DNA of 64,000 nucleotides from Clarias gariepinus (Eukaryota): NCBI RefSeq assembly GCF_024256425.1, contig NC_071110.1, positions 2,380,274 to 2,444,273 of the forward strand, read 5' to 3'. Shown piece by piece: positions 13,354 to 25,496 of this stretch (position 1 is its first letter; each line of letters starts with the position of its first letter). The notes under the pieces were generated by a model. It saw only the letters and a program-made list of their open reading frames with translations, ran no database searches and was not told where the DNA came from. The position numbers and the translations under genes were made by a program.

Positions 13354-14132
13354 TTTGTCAACAAAGCAAATATCCCTTTCAAGTTTCCTTTAATCCTTCT
13401 ATTAAAAACTTTAAAGTTTTTCCAATAACATTCAAAGCTAATTCAGCACATTGTTTCCACAAGCACATACCTTTTTATGATGCTTCCTTTGTTTGCTGCC
13501 ATGCTGTCTCAAACTGTCCATCCATTTGATGCAAATTCCAATACAATCGATCTTCTTAAACACATTTCTGTTCAGAGCAATTTCTTGACGTTTCCTGTAG
13601 TGGTAAAACCAAGTTTCAATGTCCAATTTGTCCCTTGTTTCTTTGCCACTGTGAGAGGTGTTGATGCAATATTCTGACGCGTGCAAGTTGAATGAATAGA
13701 TCCAGAGAAAGGCTTGATAGTGTTTCAAACAATAACTCAAGTTTATTAAATCAAAGTAAAAATGATTTTCAACATGACAAAAACAAACAACTTAAAGATG
13801 GCTTGCTGGCTTGTTGCACCATGCCCTCTAAGCTCCATGTGCACGGTCAAGAAATTGTGTGCTCTCGCACCAGCGCCCCCCTCCTGTTAGGGGTGGCATC
13901 TCACTTTAAACATTTTTCCCCTCTCACCTATAGAGGGCACACTCTTGGAGAAATAAACAGAATTAACAATACAGCAACCAAATATTTAAGTAAATATGTA
14001 GAAAAATTATAAAAGATAAATATGGCTCCTACACTTATTGACAATGCTTTATTCAGACAATTTGTTATTGTTTCGTGTGTATTGTGTAGATTTTGTGCTA
14101 TTTCAATGCGTGTGTATTATAACACTTCCCGT

Positions 14133-14963
14133 GTTACCAGAGTAATTTTTTTACTTTTTTAAATTAAAGAAACAATCACCAAGCTGCTTTCGTGTGATCT
14201 TTATTTATTATTCTTTCTTTTTTTTCATGTTACTCTTTTTCTTTGCTGCCTTTGGTGTTCGTTTTAGCTTAAACCGAATTACTAAATCAAACAAAAAAAA
14301 ACTCCAGAAACTTACATAGATTAACCCCAAAACAAACCCCCCAAAAATATATATATATCACAAAAAAAAACAGTTCACAATCTTTTAAGGAAAAAAAAAC
14401 ATAATTAAATGTACAACACCTTCCTCAACTTTGTAGTCAGAGTTCCATGTGCAGAAAACATTGAGTGCGTTGAAATGAAGTTTTTAGACAGACACAGACT
14501 GGATCCATCTTCCTGGATTTAGCCCAATTGCAGAAAACGTTGAGTGCGTTGAAATGAAGTACTTAGAAAGTCACGGTCTGGATCCCGCTTTCCTGCTCCT
14601 CCAGAACCACATACAAAGTTTCGTTCAGGTATTAAAAAAAATGCTGAGCGAACACTGTCCTTTCTTTTAGTGTCATCCAAAAACCCACCGAGCCATTTTA
14701 AGCTGTTTTAAGGAAAAACCCTCAAATTGAGCTAACAAAATCAACTGATTTCTCAATCTAGGTCCTGAGAGAAGTTAGGAGGCCAAAGAGAACATGACTG
14801 CCTGCTCCCACCACTAAACGAATCTCTCTTCTTCTTCCACCATCTACCGTTATATGCTGTATCAAACCCCTCTCAGGTGCCCTCTGGTGTCTAGTAGTAT
14901 TACTACCACCATTATAAGCATACAGCTAAGCAGAAAAACAATACTGGTAACTTGGGACAGGTT
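14133..14963 (-). repeat. Gypsy 3' LTR (about 831 bp)
   Basis: Near-identical to 19497..20197 plus 25497..25654. Starts TGTTACC and ends GGTTACA. The purine-rich PPT lies immediately adjacent at 14964..14977 (minus-strand CAAAGGGAGGGAAG). Confidence 0.8.
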
Positions 14964-15068
14964 ACACTTCCCTCCCTTTGAAAAAAAAAAATTTCACTTA
15001 ATGTGACAAATTTTAAGATTCTGTACATGGTAAGTATCTGTTGACATGGGATCAGAATTCAAAGCAAT

Positions 15069-18000
15069 TTAATAATTGACCGGCCCCAGTTTTTTTATGA
15101 CCTTGCCTGGACCTTTCCACCTAGGGGATAACTTAGCCATATACCCATCGTCTGCTTTGGATAAGGTGTGAGATCGCACCCAAACTATGTCCCCCACAGC
15201 GAACTCAACTCTCTTTCTTCGCTGATCATAGTACTTCTTTTGTCTGGCTTGTGATTTCTCCACATTAGCCCTTACCCGATCAAACAATTGTTGCTGCCGG
15301 TCTACCGTATCGTAGCTGGGTTGATCAGGGTTGGGTGGATTGTGCAAGACTCTTTCCAAAGGTCCGAGGAGCTTACGGCCCAAAGCAATCTCGGCAGGGG
15401 AGTACCCTGTGCTCTCATGCCATGCAGTATTTAATGCAAATCGGAAATCACAGATCCACTGGTCCCAGGAACGATGATTCTCCTGTACATATGAGGCAAT
15501 CATACTCTTGAGGGTACGGTTAACTCGTTCAGTCAAATTAGTTTGCGGATGATAGGCAGTAGTAAGTTTCTGTGTTACATTCCATTGTTTACATACCAGT
15601 TTGAGAAGATTAGAGGTAAACTGAGTTCCCCTATCTGAGACCAAAAAGGTAGGCGTTCCCCATCGTGTGAAAATCTCCTCTACTAAAATCTTTGCAATTG
15701 CTGGTCCTCTTGCAGAGCGTAGTGGGAATAATTCCACCCATTTTGAAAAATAATCCACAATGACCATCAGATACTCATGCTGTTTAGTACTACGGGGAAA
15801 AGGTCCCATTAGATACACTCCCAGCATGTATCCTGGCTCCACAACGTTAGTACTTTGCATTAGACCAGCAGGTTTGAAGGTAGTAGGTTTGTGCTGCTGA
15901 CATGTCACACACTCCCTACAATATTTCCACACATCCTGTCTTATCTCAGTCCAGTAAGAGAAATCCAGCAATCTCATCAGAGTTTTAAAACTTCCCAAGT
16001 GGCCACTTAAAGGACTGTCATGTGCATATCTTAAAAACAGTTCTTTAAAAACAGTTGGAACAACAACTTGAAATTTCTGACCCTTCTTCCCGTCAGGAAC
16101 ACTTCTGAATAGTACGCCATTTTTCTCCACAAAGTGTGTCCTCAAAGTGTCCTCTTGATCTCTTTGCCCACTCTTTGCAACCAGTTCCTGGATTTCGGCA
16201 TCTGCTTTTTGAGCTGTTGCAAGCTGAGACAAATCCACGGGTAGGTCAGTGGTGATGGTAGATGGATCAATTGCTGTAGCTACCATAATTACATTGGACT
16301 CAAATTGATGGGTCCTTGATAGGGCATCAGGTACAATGTTACATTGTCCTTTCCTGTAACGGACAACAAAATTAAATCCTTGTAAGCGAATGGTCCATCT
16401 CTCTAATCTTGAGGAAGGTTTTGGGTGATTAAAGGCCCATGTGAGTGCAGAGTGGTCTGTTAAAACTTCAAAACATCTCCCTTCCAAATAGTGCCTCCAT
16501 CTTTCCACAGCCCATACCACTGCTAAGCACTTCTTCTCAGAAGCGGAGTAAGCTTGTTCAGCCCCTCTCAGCAGTCGAGATGCATAGGCTATGACCCGTT
16601 CCTGACCCTCCACCTCTTGAGTCAATACCGCTCCAAGACCTGTGTCACTTGCGTCCGTTTGAACTTTGAAATCTAAAGTGAAATCTGGCACTGCCAACAC
16701 TGGGGCTTTAATGAGCTCCTTTTTGATCTCATCAAATGCTCTCTGACAGTCCTCTGTCCATTTCCATTCTGCCCCCTTTTTCTTCAATGCATGCAAAGGG
16801 GCAGCCTTGGAGGAAAAATTTTGAATAAAACGATGGTACCAACCAGCCATCCCAAGAAATCTCTGGACTTCCTTAACTGAAATTGGCACAGGAAAATTTT
16901 CCACTGCATTCACCTTTTCAGGATCAGTTTTAACTCCTTCAGCAGACACAATATGTCCTAGAAATGTCAGAGATGGTTGGATAAAATTGCACTTTTTTAG
17001 ATTGAGAGAGAGACCGGCATCATCCAAGAAGGTAAAAACCTCTCTCAAGTGCCTCAGATGAGTGGTGATATCTGGTGAAAACACCACAATATCATCAATG
17101 TACACCATGCAAAATTGATTTTTATACTTCCTCAGAACCTGTTCCATCAATCGTTGAAAGGATGCGGCAGCATTCCTAAGGCCGAAAGGAAGACACAAGA
17201 ATTCATATAACCCTGAGGAGGTGACAAATGCAGTCTTTTCAACACTTGTGGAGTCCATCTCTAATTGCCAGTACCCAGATTTTAGATCTAATGTGCTGAA
17301 AACCTTGGCTCCCGTCATGGTTTCCAAGATATTCACGATTTGAGGCATGGGGTAAGCATCTAAATGCGTCTTGGCATTTAGACCTCGATAGTCAACACAC
17401 ATTCTGGAGGTTCCGTCTTTCTTCTCGACTACTACAACAGGTGAGGCCCATGGGGAAGTGGATGGACGAATGATGTTTTTTTCCAACAACTCCTTAACTT
17501 GTCCTTCTATAAACTCACTCTTAGTAATCGATGCTCGATATGGCTTTTTCCTCACTGGATACTCATCCGTAGTGATGATTTTATGTTTCACCAACGAGGT
17601 ACGCCCTAACTTCTGAGTACATACCCTGGGCCACTCAGGCATTAGGCTTTGCAACATTTCTTTCACATCGGGTGAAGCCTCAGCCTTTTGAGCTACCTGG
17701 TGAATAAGTTCAACGTCTGCATCATCACATGCAATTTCCTCCTCTAAAGGAAGGGCAAGAAAAAAATGGTTGTTGGGTTGTATCACGGGGACGCTGACTG
17801 GCAAGGCTGGGACTGTGTCTACGTCTGGCAAATAGAATTGAGCAGAGTTAAAATCTATGACCATTCGTGACAGCTTTAAAAAATTCAGTCCCAAAATAAT
17901 TGGTACTGCCAAATCCCCATCTTGGAGTACATAAAACTGTACTATAAACGTCTTCCCCTGAAATTCACATCCCTCTCTTACTTGTCCAACAGCTTTTTGT

Positions 18001-18500
18001 CGATGGCCATTGGCGAGCATGAAAGTCTGAGCACTGGGAGGTAAACATTTATCTTGATGTCTCAGCATTTCCCATACATTTTCTTGCATCAAGGAAAAAG
18101 TGCTCCCGGTGTCGATAACTGCATTGACAGGCTTATGATTAATGGTAATGGATGTTTGAAGTGAGCTGAATTTATCGGGTTGATCTACCATCATAAGATG
18201 GGTTTTTGGATCAGATTTTTCAGGGGTTACTTTTTTCTTCTGACTTTCACCACTTACTTGTGCCCAGTACTTCTTGCTCTCCGTCCAATCTTTCTCCACC
18301 TGGGTCCCCAGACGAACAACATCATCCACAGTTTTAGCCGTACCTCTGAGAAGTGATGCTAAACGGGGATTGCAATTCCTAAGAATGGCCTTCACGATCT
18401 CCTCTTCAGTCATCCCAGATTTACTTTGAAGACAAATAGCTCTATAATTAAAAGCAAAATCTCTCACATTTTCATTTGGGCCTTGTTTGCGATTTGCCAA
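15069..18500 (-). CDS. Gypsy Pol polyprotein (PR-RT-RNaseH-IN), uninterrupted 1143 aa
   Basis: Motifs VIDTGSTFS, FCMVYIDDIVVF, the integrase HHCC segment (HDSPLSGHLGSFKT...CRECVTCQQHK), and a DDE core. Confidence 0.85.
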   Translation of the reverse strand: MANRKQGPNENVRDFAFNYRAICLQSKSGMTEEEIVKAILRNCNPRLASLLRGTAKTVDDVVRLGTQVEKDWTESKKYWAQVSGESQKKKVTPEKSDPKTHLMMVDQPDKFSSLQTSITINHKPVNAVIDTGSTFSLMQENVWEMLRHQDKCLPPSAQTFMLANGHRQKAVGQVREGCEFQGKTFIVQFYVLQDGDLAVPIILGLNFLKLSRMVIDFNSAQFYLPDVDTVPALPVSVPVIQPNNHFFLALPLEEEIACDDADVELIHQVAQKAEASPDVKEMLQSLMPEWPRVCTQKLGRTSLVKHKIITTDEYPVRKKPYRASITKSEFIEGQVKELLEKNIIRPSTSPWASPVVVVEKKDGTSRMCVDYRGLNAKTHLDAYPMPQIVNILETMTGAKVFSTLDLKSGYWQLEMDSTSVEKTAFVTSSGLYEFLCLPFGLRNAAASFQRLMEQVLRKYKNQFCMVYIDDIVVFSPDITTHLRHLREVFTFLDDAGLSLNLKKCNFIQPSLTFLGHIVSAEGVKTDPEKVNAVENFPVPISVKEVQRFLGMAGWYHRFIQNFSSKAAPLHALKKKGAEWKWTEDCQRAFDEIKKELIKAPVLAVPDFTLDFKVQTDASDTGLGAVLTQEVEGQERVIAYASRLLRGAEQAYSASEKKCLAVVWAVERWRHYLEGRCFEVLTDHSALTWAFNHPKPSSRLERWTIRLQGFNFVVRYRKGQCNIVPDALSRTHQFESNVIMVATAIDPSTITTDLPVDLSQLATAQKADAEIQELVAKSGQRDQEDTLRTHFVEKNGVLFRSVPDGKKGQKFQVVVPTVFKELFLRYAHDSPLSGHLGSFKTLMRLLDFSYWTEIRQDVWKYCRECVTCQQHKPTTFKPAGLMQSTNVVEPGYMLGVYLMGPFPRSTKQHEYLMVIVDYFSKWVELFPLRSARGPAIAKILVEEIFTRWGTPTFLVSDRGTQFTSNLLKLVCKQWNVTQKLTTAYHPQTNLTERVNRTLKSMIASYVQENHRSWDQWICDFRFALNTAWHESTGYSPAEIALGRKLLGPLERVLHNPPNPDQPSYDTVDRQQQLFDRVRANVEKSQARQKKYYDQRRKRVEFAVGDIVWVRSHTLSKADDGYMAKLSPRWKGPGKVIKKLGPVNY

Positions 18501-18599
18501 CTTTTGAGCAATGACTTCCTGGCTGTCCTCATTTAAAAAAGAGAATAGGAACTTTTGCTTAAAAGTTTTCCAGTCAGTAATGTTGGATCTCTCTGCTTT

Positions 18600-19364
18600 T
18601 CACCAGTCCTTGCCGATTCCTTTTAAGACAACAGAGAGTGAACCCAAAAGTTCTTCCTTAGATAACGGATGAAGATCGAGATATTCTTCAACTCTTTCTA
18701 TGAAAGTAACAGCATCCTCAGGATCAGAATTATCAAAGGTTGGAAACTCAAGCTTAACTGGGGGATTGTACTGAGTTACAGCGAACTGAGGTAGTGCAGT
18801 AGACTGAGCTTGGGAACTATCTGTAACTCTTCTTACCGGTGTTTGATAAACTACCGGCTTTCTAGTTAACTCATCAACACCTGGTGTAGAGGCAGTGAGT
18901 TGGAAAGCTCTCATCCGCTCCTCAATCTGCTTATCTCTGCGTTTTAAACAGTCAATGACAGTTTCCCCCAAATCATCCATTTTACTTTAAGTCCACTCTC
19001 TCAATCTATCTGTTTCTCTATGCAACTTACAAAAGACTTTGTCTTCAAGAGATTTTAACATTAGCGTGAATTGCTTCTCAGTAACCAGCTCACTTACTCG
19101 ATGTTCAAGATTGGTTAAGTGCTCCTCGATGTTGGTAAGGCGTGACTGTTTGGCATCAACTCCATACATGTGGTGACTGTCCTCAGTAAAATCAAGCGGT
19201 GGTGGGTGCAGGTCTTCAGTAACGGTAGCGTCTTTTTCATCATCTGAGTCAATATAAAGCTCATTAAAAGTGTCAATAATTGCATGAACAGGATCTGGTT
19301 CTCTTTTTTGAGTAAAGGCTTCAGCAGAAAAATCCTGACCCGGTGCTAACTCATCACCCTCCAT
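18600..19364 (-). CDS. Gypsy Gag (two ORFs separated by one stop)
   Basis: ORFs 18987..19364 and 18600..18980 are in series. The single stop could be read-through or a mutation. Confidence 0.55.
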
Positions 19365-19447
19365 TTTTCTCTATGGGTTTGTCAACAGGCTAAGTACAAC
19401 ACTTTAAAAGATCAAAACTACACACAGCGTACTACTAATTTGGTGAT

Positions 19448-19465
19448 TGTCCCTGTTCAGGCGCC
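19448..19465 (-). promoter_or_regulatory. Gypsy primer-binding site, tRNA-Lys type
   Basis: The minus strand reads TGGCGCCTGAACAGGGAC. This is one mismatch from the tRNA-Lys3 PBS used by lentiviruses. It lies 31 nt internal to the 5' LTR edge. Confidence 0.6.
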
Positions 19466-19496
19466 ATCTATTACACTCTATTACATCTATTACTCT

Positions 19497-20197
19497 GTTA
19501 CCAGAGTAATTTTTTTACTTTTTAAAATTAAAGAAACAATCACCAAGCTGCTTTCGTGTGATCTTTATTTATTATTCTTTCTTTTTGTTTTCATGTTACT
19601 CTTTTTCTTTGCTGCCTTTGGTGTTCGTTTTAGCTTAAACCGAATTACTAAATCAAACAAAAAAAACTCCAGAAACTTACATAGATTAACCCCAAAACAA
19701 ACCCCCCAAAAATATATATATATCACAAAAAAAAACAGTTCACGATTTTTTAAGGAAAAAAAAACATAATTAAATGTACAACACCTTCCTCAACTTTGTA
19801 GTCAGAGTTCCATGTGCAGAAAACATTGAGTGCGTTGAAATGAAGTTTTTAGACAGACACAGACTGGATCTATCTTCCTGGATTTAGCCCAATTGCAGAA
19901 AACGTTGAGTGCGTTGAAATGAAGTTCTTAGAAAGTCACGGTCTGGATCCCGCTTTCCTGCTCCTCCAGAACCACATACAAAGTTTCGTTCAGGTATTAA
20001 AAAAAATGCTGAGCGAACACTGTCCTTTCTTTTAGTGTCATCCAAAAACCCACCGAGCCATTTAAAGCTGTTTTAAGGAAAAACCCTCAAATTGAGCTAA
20101 CAAAATCAACTGATTTCTCAATCTAGGTCCTGAGAGAAGTTAGGAGGCCAAAGAGAACATGACTGCCTGCTCCCACCACTAAACGAATCTCTCTTCT
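19497..20197 (-). repeat. Gypsy 5' LTR, proximal part (interrupted at about 20197 by LINE insertion)
   Basis: Collinear with 14133..14822. Only a few indels are visible by eye. Confidence 0.8.
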
Positions 20198-20366
20198 TCT
20201 TCTTCTTCTTCTTCCTCTGTTTTAATGGCGGTTGGCATCCAACGTTAAGGTGCATTACCGCCACCTACTCTACTGGATTGTGGGTCTGAATCCGCTACCT
20301 CCCATGCAAAAAAAATAAAAATAAAATAATAATAATAGTAAATTCTCCCCTTCATACACATACTAA

Positions 20367-23300
20367 TTATATTCTGTTAATTAAACCAGTTATTCTCAAA
20401 AAATGTAATACACTTCTATTATTATGACCATTAAGCATGTCTGCAATATTAATTCCAACTTGTCCTTGTTCCTTAGCTTCTTCCTTTAATATTTCTCTTT
20501 CTGTAATGTACTTTGGACAATGACATAGTATGTGTTCCACTGATTCCTCCTCCTGACAATGATCACATAATCCAGTTGGATGTTTCCCTATTAGATGTAA
20601 TGTTTTATTCAATCCTGAGTGTCCCATTCTTAATCGAGTAATTATACCTTCAGTTTTATTATCTCCTTTACACTTCCTTCTATTTCCTACTTTCTTTTGA
20701 ATTCTGTAATAATGCCTACCCGTTATCTCCCTATCCCAGTTATACTGCCATTCCTTTATTATATTATTTCTAACTATTGCTTTTACTTCAGATTTACTAT
20801 ACAGGATTTCCATAATTTCATCTATATCACATGCCTCTTTGGCTAAAACATCTGCAGCTTCATTTCCTTTGACTCCTATATGTGCTGGAACCCACATGAA
20901 TACTATTACTGTATTTCTCTGTAGTCTAAATAAAATTTCATAAATTTCATATATGCAATCCTGTCTATACTGTGACGATAATGCTTTAATTGACATCAAT
21001 GCTGAACTGGAGTCTGAGCATATAACTGCTTTCTTCAGTCCACTTTCCTCTATCCAGTACAAAGCAGTTATTATAGCCATTAACTCTACTGTATATATTG
21101 ATAGATGATCTGTTGTCCTTTTCTTTATTGAAACCCCAACTTCTGGTATAAAAACACCAAAACCAGTTTTTCCTGTATCCATCTTCTTGGATCCATCTGT
21201 ATAAATTGCAGTATACTCATGATATATTGTCTTTATTCTCTCTTCTATCATTCCTGACATATTCGCTATATTTTTATAATCACTACTCCTATCTAGTAAA
21301 TTCAAATCCATAAAAGCCACAGGAAATAACCATGGTGGTGTTACTGCTACTGGTCTTGATACATTAAATCCTTTATTATTCAATCCCATTTCTTTAGCCA
21401 CTTCTACGCTATCCCATTCAAAAAATTTCTTTTGATCTTTCTCATATTCCCAACTTGGATTAAGAACACTTTTTGCTGGATTTCCATTTTCTGATTGACC
21501 TTGCAGATTAATCCAGTAGTTCATCATGAGCTGTTTTCTTCTTAATCGCAAAGGTACTTCTCCCATCTCTACATGAAGTGCTGCTATCGGTGTAGTTTTA
21601 TATGCTCCACTACATATCCTTAAAGCTTGGGCTTGAACAACTTCTATTTTTTGTAGTGCCGTCTTGGAGGCTCTCCCATATATAAAACATCCATAGTCTA
21701 ACACTGATCGTATTAATGCTATATTTATTTTCCTTAACCCATTTCTACTAGCTCCCCAATCTCTTCCAGTCAAACATCTCATTATATTAATTATTTTTTT
21801 ACATTTGTCAACTATTCTATTGATATGTTCAATCCACGTTAATTTTGTATCCAACCACATCCCCAAAAATTTTAATGACTTTACCTGTTCCAGTTTTTGC
21901 TCATACATTTTAACTTCTATATTATCTATTATTTTTTTCTTAGTAAACAATACTACTTTTGTCTTTTCAACAGATAATTTAAAACCCCATGAATATGACC
22001 ACTCCTCTACTAAGTTTATAGCCTCTTGTATCCTTTGCTTTACATGTGCAACATTCCTTCCTCTCTTCCAGAGAGCTCCATCATCCGCAAATAATGATCG
22101 CCCAATATCACTTTGCACATGTGAAAAAATGTCATTTATCATTATTGTAAAAAGAATTGGACTTATCACGCTCCCTTGCGGAGTTCCATTCTCCACTACA
22201 TATTTCCCTGAAAATGCTGATCCAATCCTGACTTGAATAGTCCTACCAAATAAAAAGTCTTTAACCCACTTAAACATTCTTCCTGTGATTCCTAATTTAC
22301 CTAAATTAATTAAAACTCCTTCTTTCCATACCATATCATATGCTTTCTCTATGTCTATAAACACTGCCGCTACCACCTCTTTATTAACCTGCGCTTTTCT
22401 AATTTCTGTTTCCAAACTTATTATAGGGTCCATAGTACTTCTCCCTCTTCTGAATCCGCTCTGGTACATTGAAATGATTCCTCTACTTTCTACATAATGA
22501 GTTAATCTTTCTGTTATCATTCTTTCCATCACCTTTCCAATATGAGAAGTAAGTGCTATCGGTCTATAATTACTAGGATCTACTGCATCCTTTCCTGGTT
22601 TCTTAATGGGAATAATAATCGCTTCTTTCCAGCTACTAGGAAGTTTCCCCTCTTCCCATACCTTATTATACAATCCCAGCAACTTACCTAAAGCCAGTAC
22701 ATCTAAATGTTTTAACATCTCATAACATATATTATCTTTTCCTGGAGCTGTCGCCCCAAATGTTCCTAATGCCCTCTTTAATTCTCCTATACTAAACAGA
22801 GCTTCCATTGCATTGTCTGTACTTTCTCTTTCCTCATCAATACTAGGATATCCCTCTTTTGTTCTTTCCCTTCCTCTTTTTCCATTTTCTGTTAAATTAC
22901 TTGAACTATGAATTTTAATAAGTTCTCTTGCTATCATTTCTGCCTTCTCTTTTTCTGTAATTGCTGTTTCTTCTCCTGCTTTTAATACTGGATACTGCCA
23001 TTCCTTTTTAATCCCTCTCATACTCTTTATCATACCCCATATTTCTTCAATTGGTGTTGACCTTCCTATTTTACTACAGTATTTCCTCCAACTCTGCTTC
23101 TTTGCTTCCTTAATGGTCTTCCTCACTATTGCTTGTGCCTTTTTATACTTTATTAAATTTTGAATGTTATGCGTTTTCTTTAACTGCTTAAATGTTCTAT
23201 TCCTCTCTCTAACAGCCTCGCTACACTCATTTGTCCACCAAGGTACTGCTCTCCTCTTCATGCTGCCTTTATTTTGAGGTATAGTCTTTCTAGCCACTTT

Positions 23301-24111
23301 TATAATGATTTCTCTAATCTTTTTATCTATCTCCTCTACCTCTTCATTTAGATCAACTTCCATACTTTCTACATTACAAAGGTACATAAACATTCCCCAT
23401 TGGGCCTTACTAAATATCCACTTCTCTATCCTTCCCCTTTCCTCTTTTTTCCCTTTCCATATTAACTGACTACTCACCGGGAAATGATCACTCCCTAATG
23501 TGGACTCTTCCCAAACTTCCCAGTTACACATATCTCCTAGACTTCTAGATACCAATGTTAAGTCTAACTCTGACACCTTACCTCTATGGAGATCAACTCT
23601 AGTTCCTCTACCATCATTTATACAGACCATGTTCATTTCTTCTAACAGTATCTCAATTACCCTTCCATTCTCATCTATCCTCTCCCCTCCCCATAATGGA
23701 CTATGCGCATTAAAATCTTCACATATAATTACCCTTCGTTCATAAATTCCTTTAATTTGTCTTATTTTATCAATATCCAATTTCCTACAAGGATTATAGT
23801 AATTAATAATTATCAACTCTACCCCTTTAATCCATACCATTATTACTATGTACTCCTGATTACTTCCTTTTTCTATTTCTCTAAAAGATATACCCTCCTG
23901 AATAAATGTTACACCCCCCCCCTCCTATTCCTTCACTTCTATCATGTCTAATACTTACATACCTATATATCTTAAATTCTAAATTAATCTTCAACCATGA
24001 CTCTTGAATACATATAACATCAGGTTTATTTGGTAACTCTTCAATATATTTTTTAAACTCCTGTCCGTTTGCCAAAAGACTTCTCGCATTCCATTGCAAT
24101 ATAATTGCCAT
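20367..24111 (-). CDS. LINE ORF2 (APE endonuclease, RT, RNase H); one frameshift between the APE and RT parts
   Basis: ORF 23881..24111 carries the APE segment (WNARSLL...DVICIQESW). ORF 20367..23840 carries RT and RNase H. Confidence 0.75.
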
Positions 24112-24126
24112 AATTATTTATGTAAT

Positions 24127-25464
24127 CTAAGTATTATCTTGACTTGCTTGTGCATTCAGATTATTCCTTACCTCTTCCCATGTTAATTCACTCACTTCAA
24201 GATGATGTACAGCAGCCTTTACTATTATCTGAATTCTTTCTGTCTTTGATTTGATTTCCATTGTAGCATTTATTACACCTGCAATAAATGTTACCAATTT
24301 TTTAACATCTATTAGTGTTTTCTTCTCATTCATTTCTTCTTGTACTTCCATATTTTGTCTTGTCATTCCCGATCCTCCTTCCGCTCCTCCTTTTTGATTT
24401 ACTCTTTTTACTGCTTCTGCATATGTTATCTTGTCTTTTGTTTTAATTTGTTGAAGTTTCCTCTCTCTCTTCATTATTGCACACCCTCCATATGCTACAC
24501 TATGATTTCCTCCACAGTTGCAGCATTTTGGTTGTGTATTAACATTGCATTCTTCATATCCATGATTTTCTCCACATCTCGCACATCTTTTCTTCCCTTT
24601 ACACACTTTGGCCACATGCCCAAATCTTTGACAATTGTAACATCTTACTGGGTTTGGTATGTATTCCCTTACACTGTAGTTCATGCATCCTAGCGTCACT
24701 CTTGTTGGGAGCCTCTCTTCATCGAACACAATCATAATCCCCTCACTATCACTCCTTGTACCATCCCTCGTTGTTTGTAAACGTCTAACTTCTTTGATCT
24801 TTTCGCCTCGCATATTTGATTTAATATCATCCAAATTTATTCCGATTGGAATTCCCCAGATTACTCCTTTAGTCCATTTACTTCCTTCTCTGATATTACT
24901 CACATTTAATACTTTGTATTTACCGATTTCCTTGATTTTCTTTGCTTTTCCTCTTTGTTCCTCATTATTACAAACAATCAATAGATTCCCATCTCTTAAC
25001 ACTTTGGCCATGCAAATATCTCCCACTTGATTTTTCAATATTGTTGTCAGTTTTATTGGATTCATTGATGATATTCCATTGCCTTCGCCAAACCTAAGCA
25101 CAATTTTGTATGACATTGACTCTTGATTCCTTTCCTCTTGTCTGCCTCTTAATTCATCCAAGTTTCTAGCTTTTTTTGCATTGATTCCATCAAATTCACT
25201 TCCTCTTTTATTTTTTGATCTCGTTGATTCTTGGCTCATTTCCATACTATCATCACTGTTTTCCGTTTCACAATCTCCCCATTCAGGCCCATTTCCAGTA
25301 CAGCTGTGCCTTACCGCCATTCCTTTTCTTACTTCTCTTACTTTCCCAATTTTAGACCACATATTTCGATCTTGATCTCCAGCACACTTGTTCTTCTTTC
25401 TTTCTTTTCCATCCAGTAATTCAGAATTCTTTAACTTTTGGATTGTTTGCACAGTTTTCACCAT
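24127..25464 (-). CDS. LINE ORF1 (gag-like, CCHC zinc knuckles), intact
   Basis: The 445-aa ORF shows the C-x2-C-x4-H-x4-C pattern three times. Confidence 0.75.
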   Translation of the reverse strand: MVKTVQTIQKLKNSELLDGKERKKNKCAGDQDRNMWSKIGKVREVRKGMAVRHSCTGNGPEWGDCETENSDDSMEMSQESTRSKNKRGSEFDGINAKKARNLDELRGRQEERNQESMSYKIVLRFGEGNGISSMNPIKLTTILKNQVGDICMAKVLRDGNLLIVCNNEEQRGKAKKIKEIGKYKVLNVSNIREGSKWTKGVIWGIPIGINLDDIKSNMRGEKIKEVRRLQTTRDGTRSDSEGIMIVFDEERLPTRVTLGCMNYSVREYIPNPVRCYNCQRFGHVAKVCKGKKRCARCGENHGYEECNVNTQPKCCNCGGNHSVAYGGCAIMKRERKLQQIKTKDKITYAEAVKRVNQKGGAEGGSGMTRQNMEVQEEMNEKKTLIDVKKLVTFIAGVINATMEIKSKTERIQIIVKAAVHHLEVSELTWEEVRNNLNAQASQDNT

Positions 25465-25496
25465 TCCGCTATCTCGCCGCCATGTTGGAGGTGAGC

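Larger units (their letters stand above)
7500..13360 (-). mobile_element. BEL/Pao-family LTR retrotransposon internal region (gag plus pol), 3'-truncated within integrase
   Basis: The gag ORFs 12472..13353 and 11834..12475 have DUF1759-like character. ORF 10645..11184 carries a CCHC knuckle and a protease with a DPGSS active site. ORF 8259..10634 carries RT with YVDD and the BEL-specific linker (LPNNYQVAEQRLQSLKRKFKRNEQFKTEY), followed by RNase H. ORFs 7751..8269 and 7614..7898 cover only the integrase zinc-binding N-terminus. No LTRs were recognised. Several stops and frameshifts are present. Confidence 0.7.
20198..25496 (-). mobile_element. Full-length non-LTR retrotransposon (I/Nimb-like clade: ORF1 CCHC, ORF2 APE-RT-RNaseH-CCHC), nested in the Gypsy 5' LTR
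   Basis: ORF1 24127..25464 (445 aa) has three CCHC knuckles (CYNCQRFGHVAKVC...). The APE endonuclease N-terminus lies at 23881..24111. ORF2 20367..23840 (1157 aa) has RT (FADDGAL...), RNase H (IYTDGSK...) and a C-terminal CCHC. The 3' end is an A-rich tail near 20300..20340. The element is flanked by a TCTCTCTTCTTCTTC target-site duplication at 20183..20197 and 25497..25511. Confidence 0.8.
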
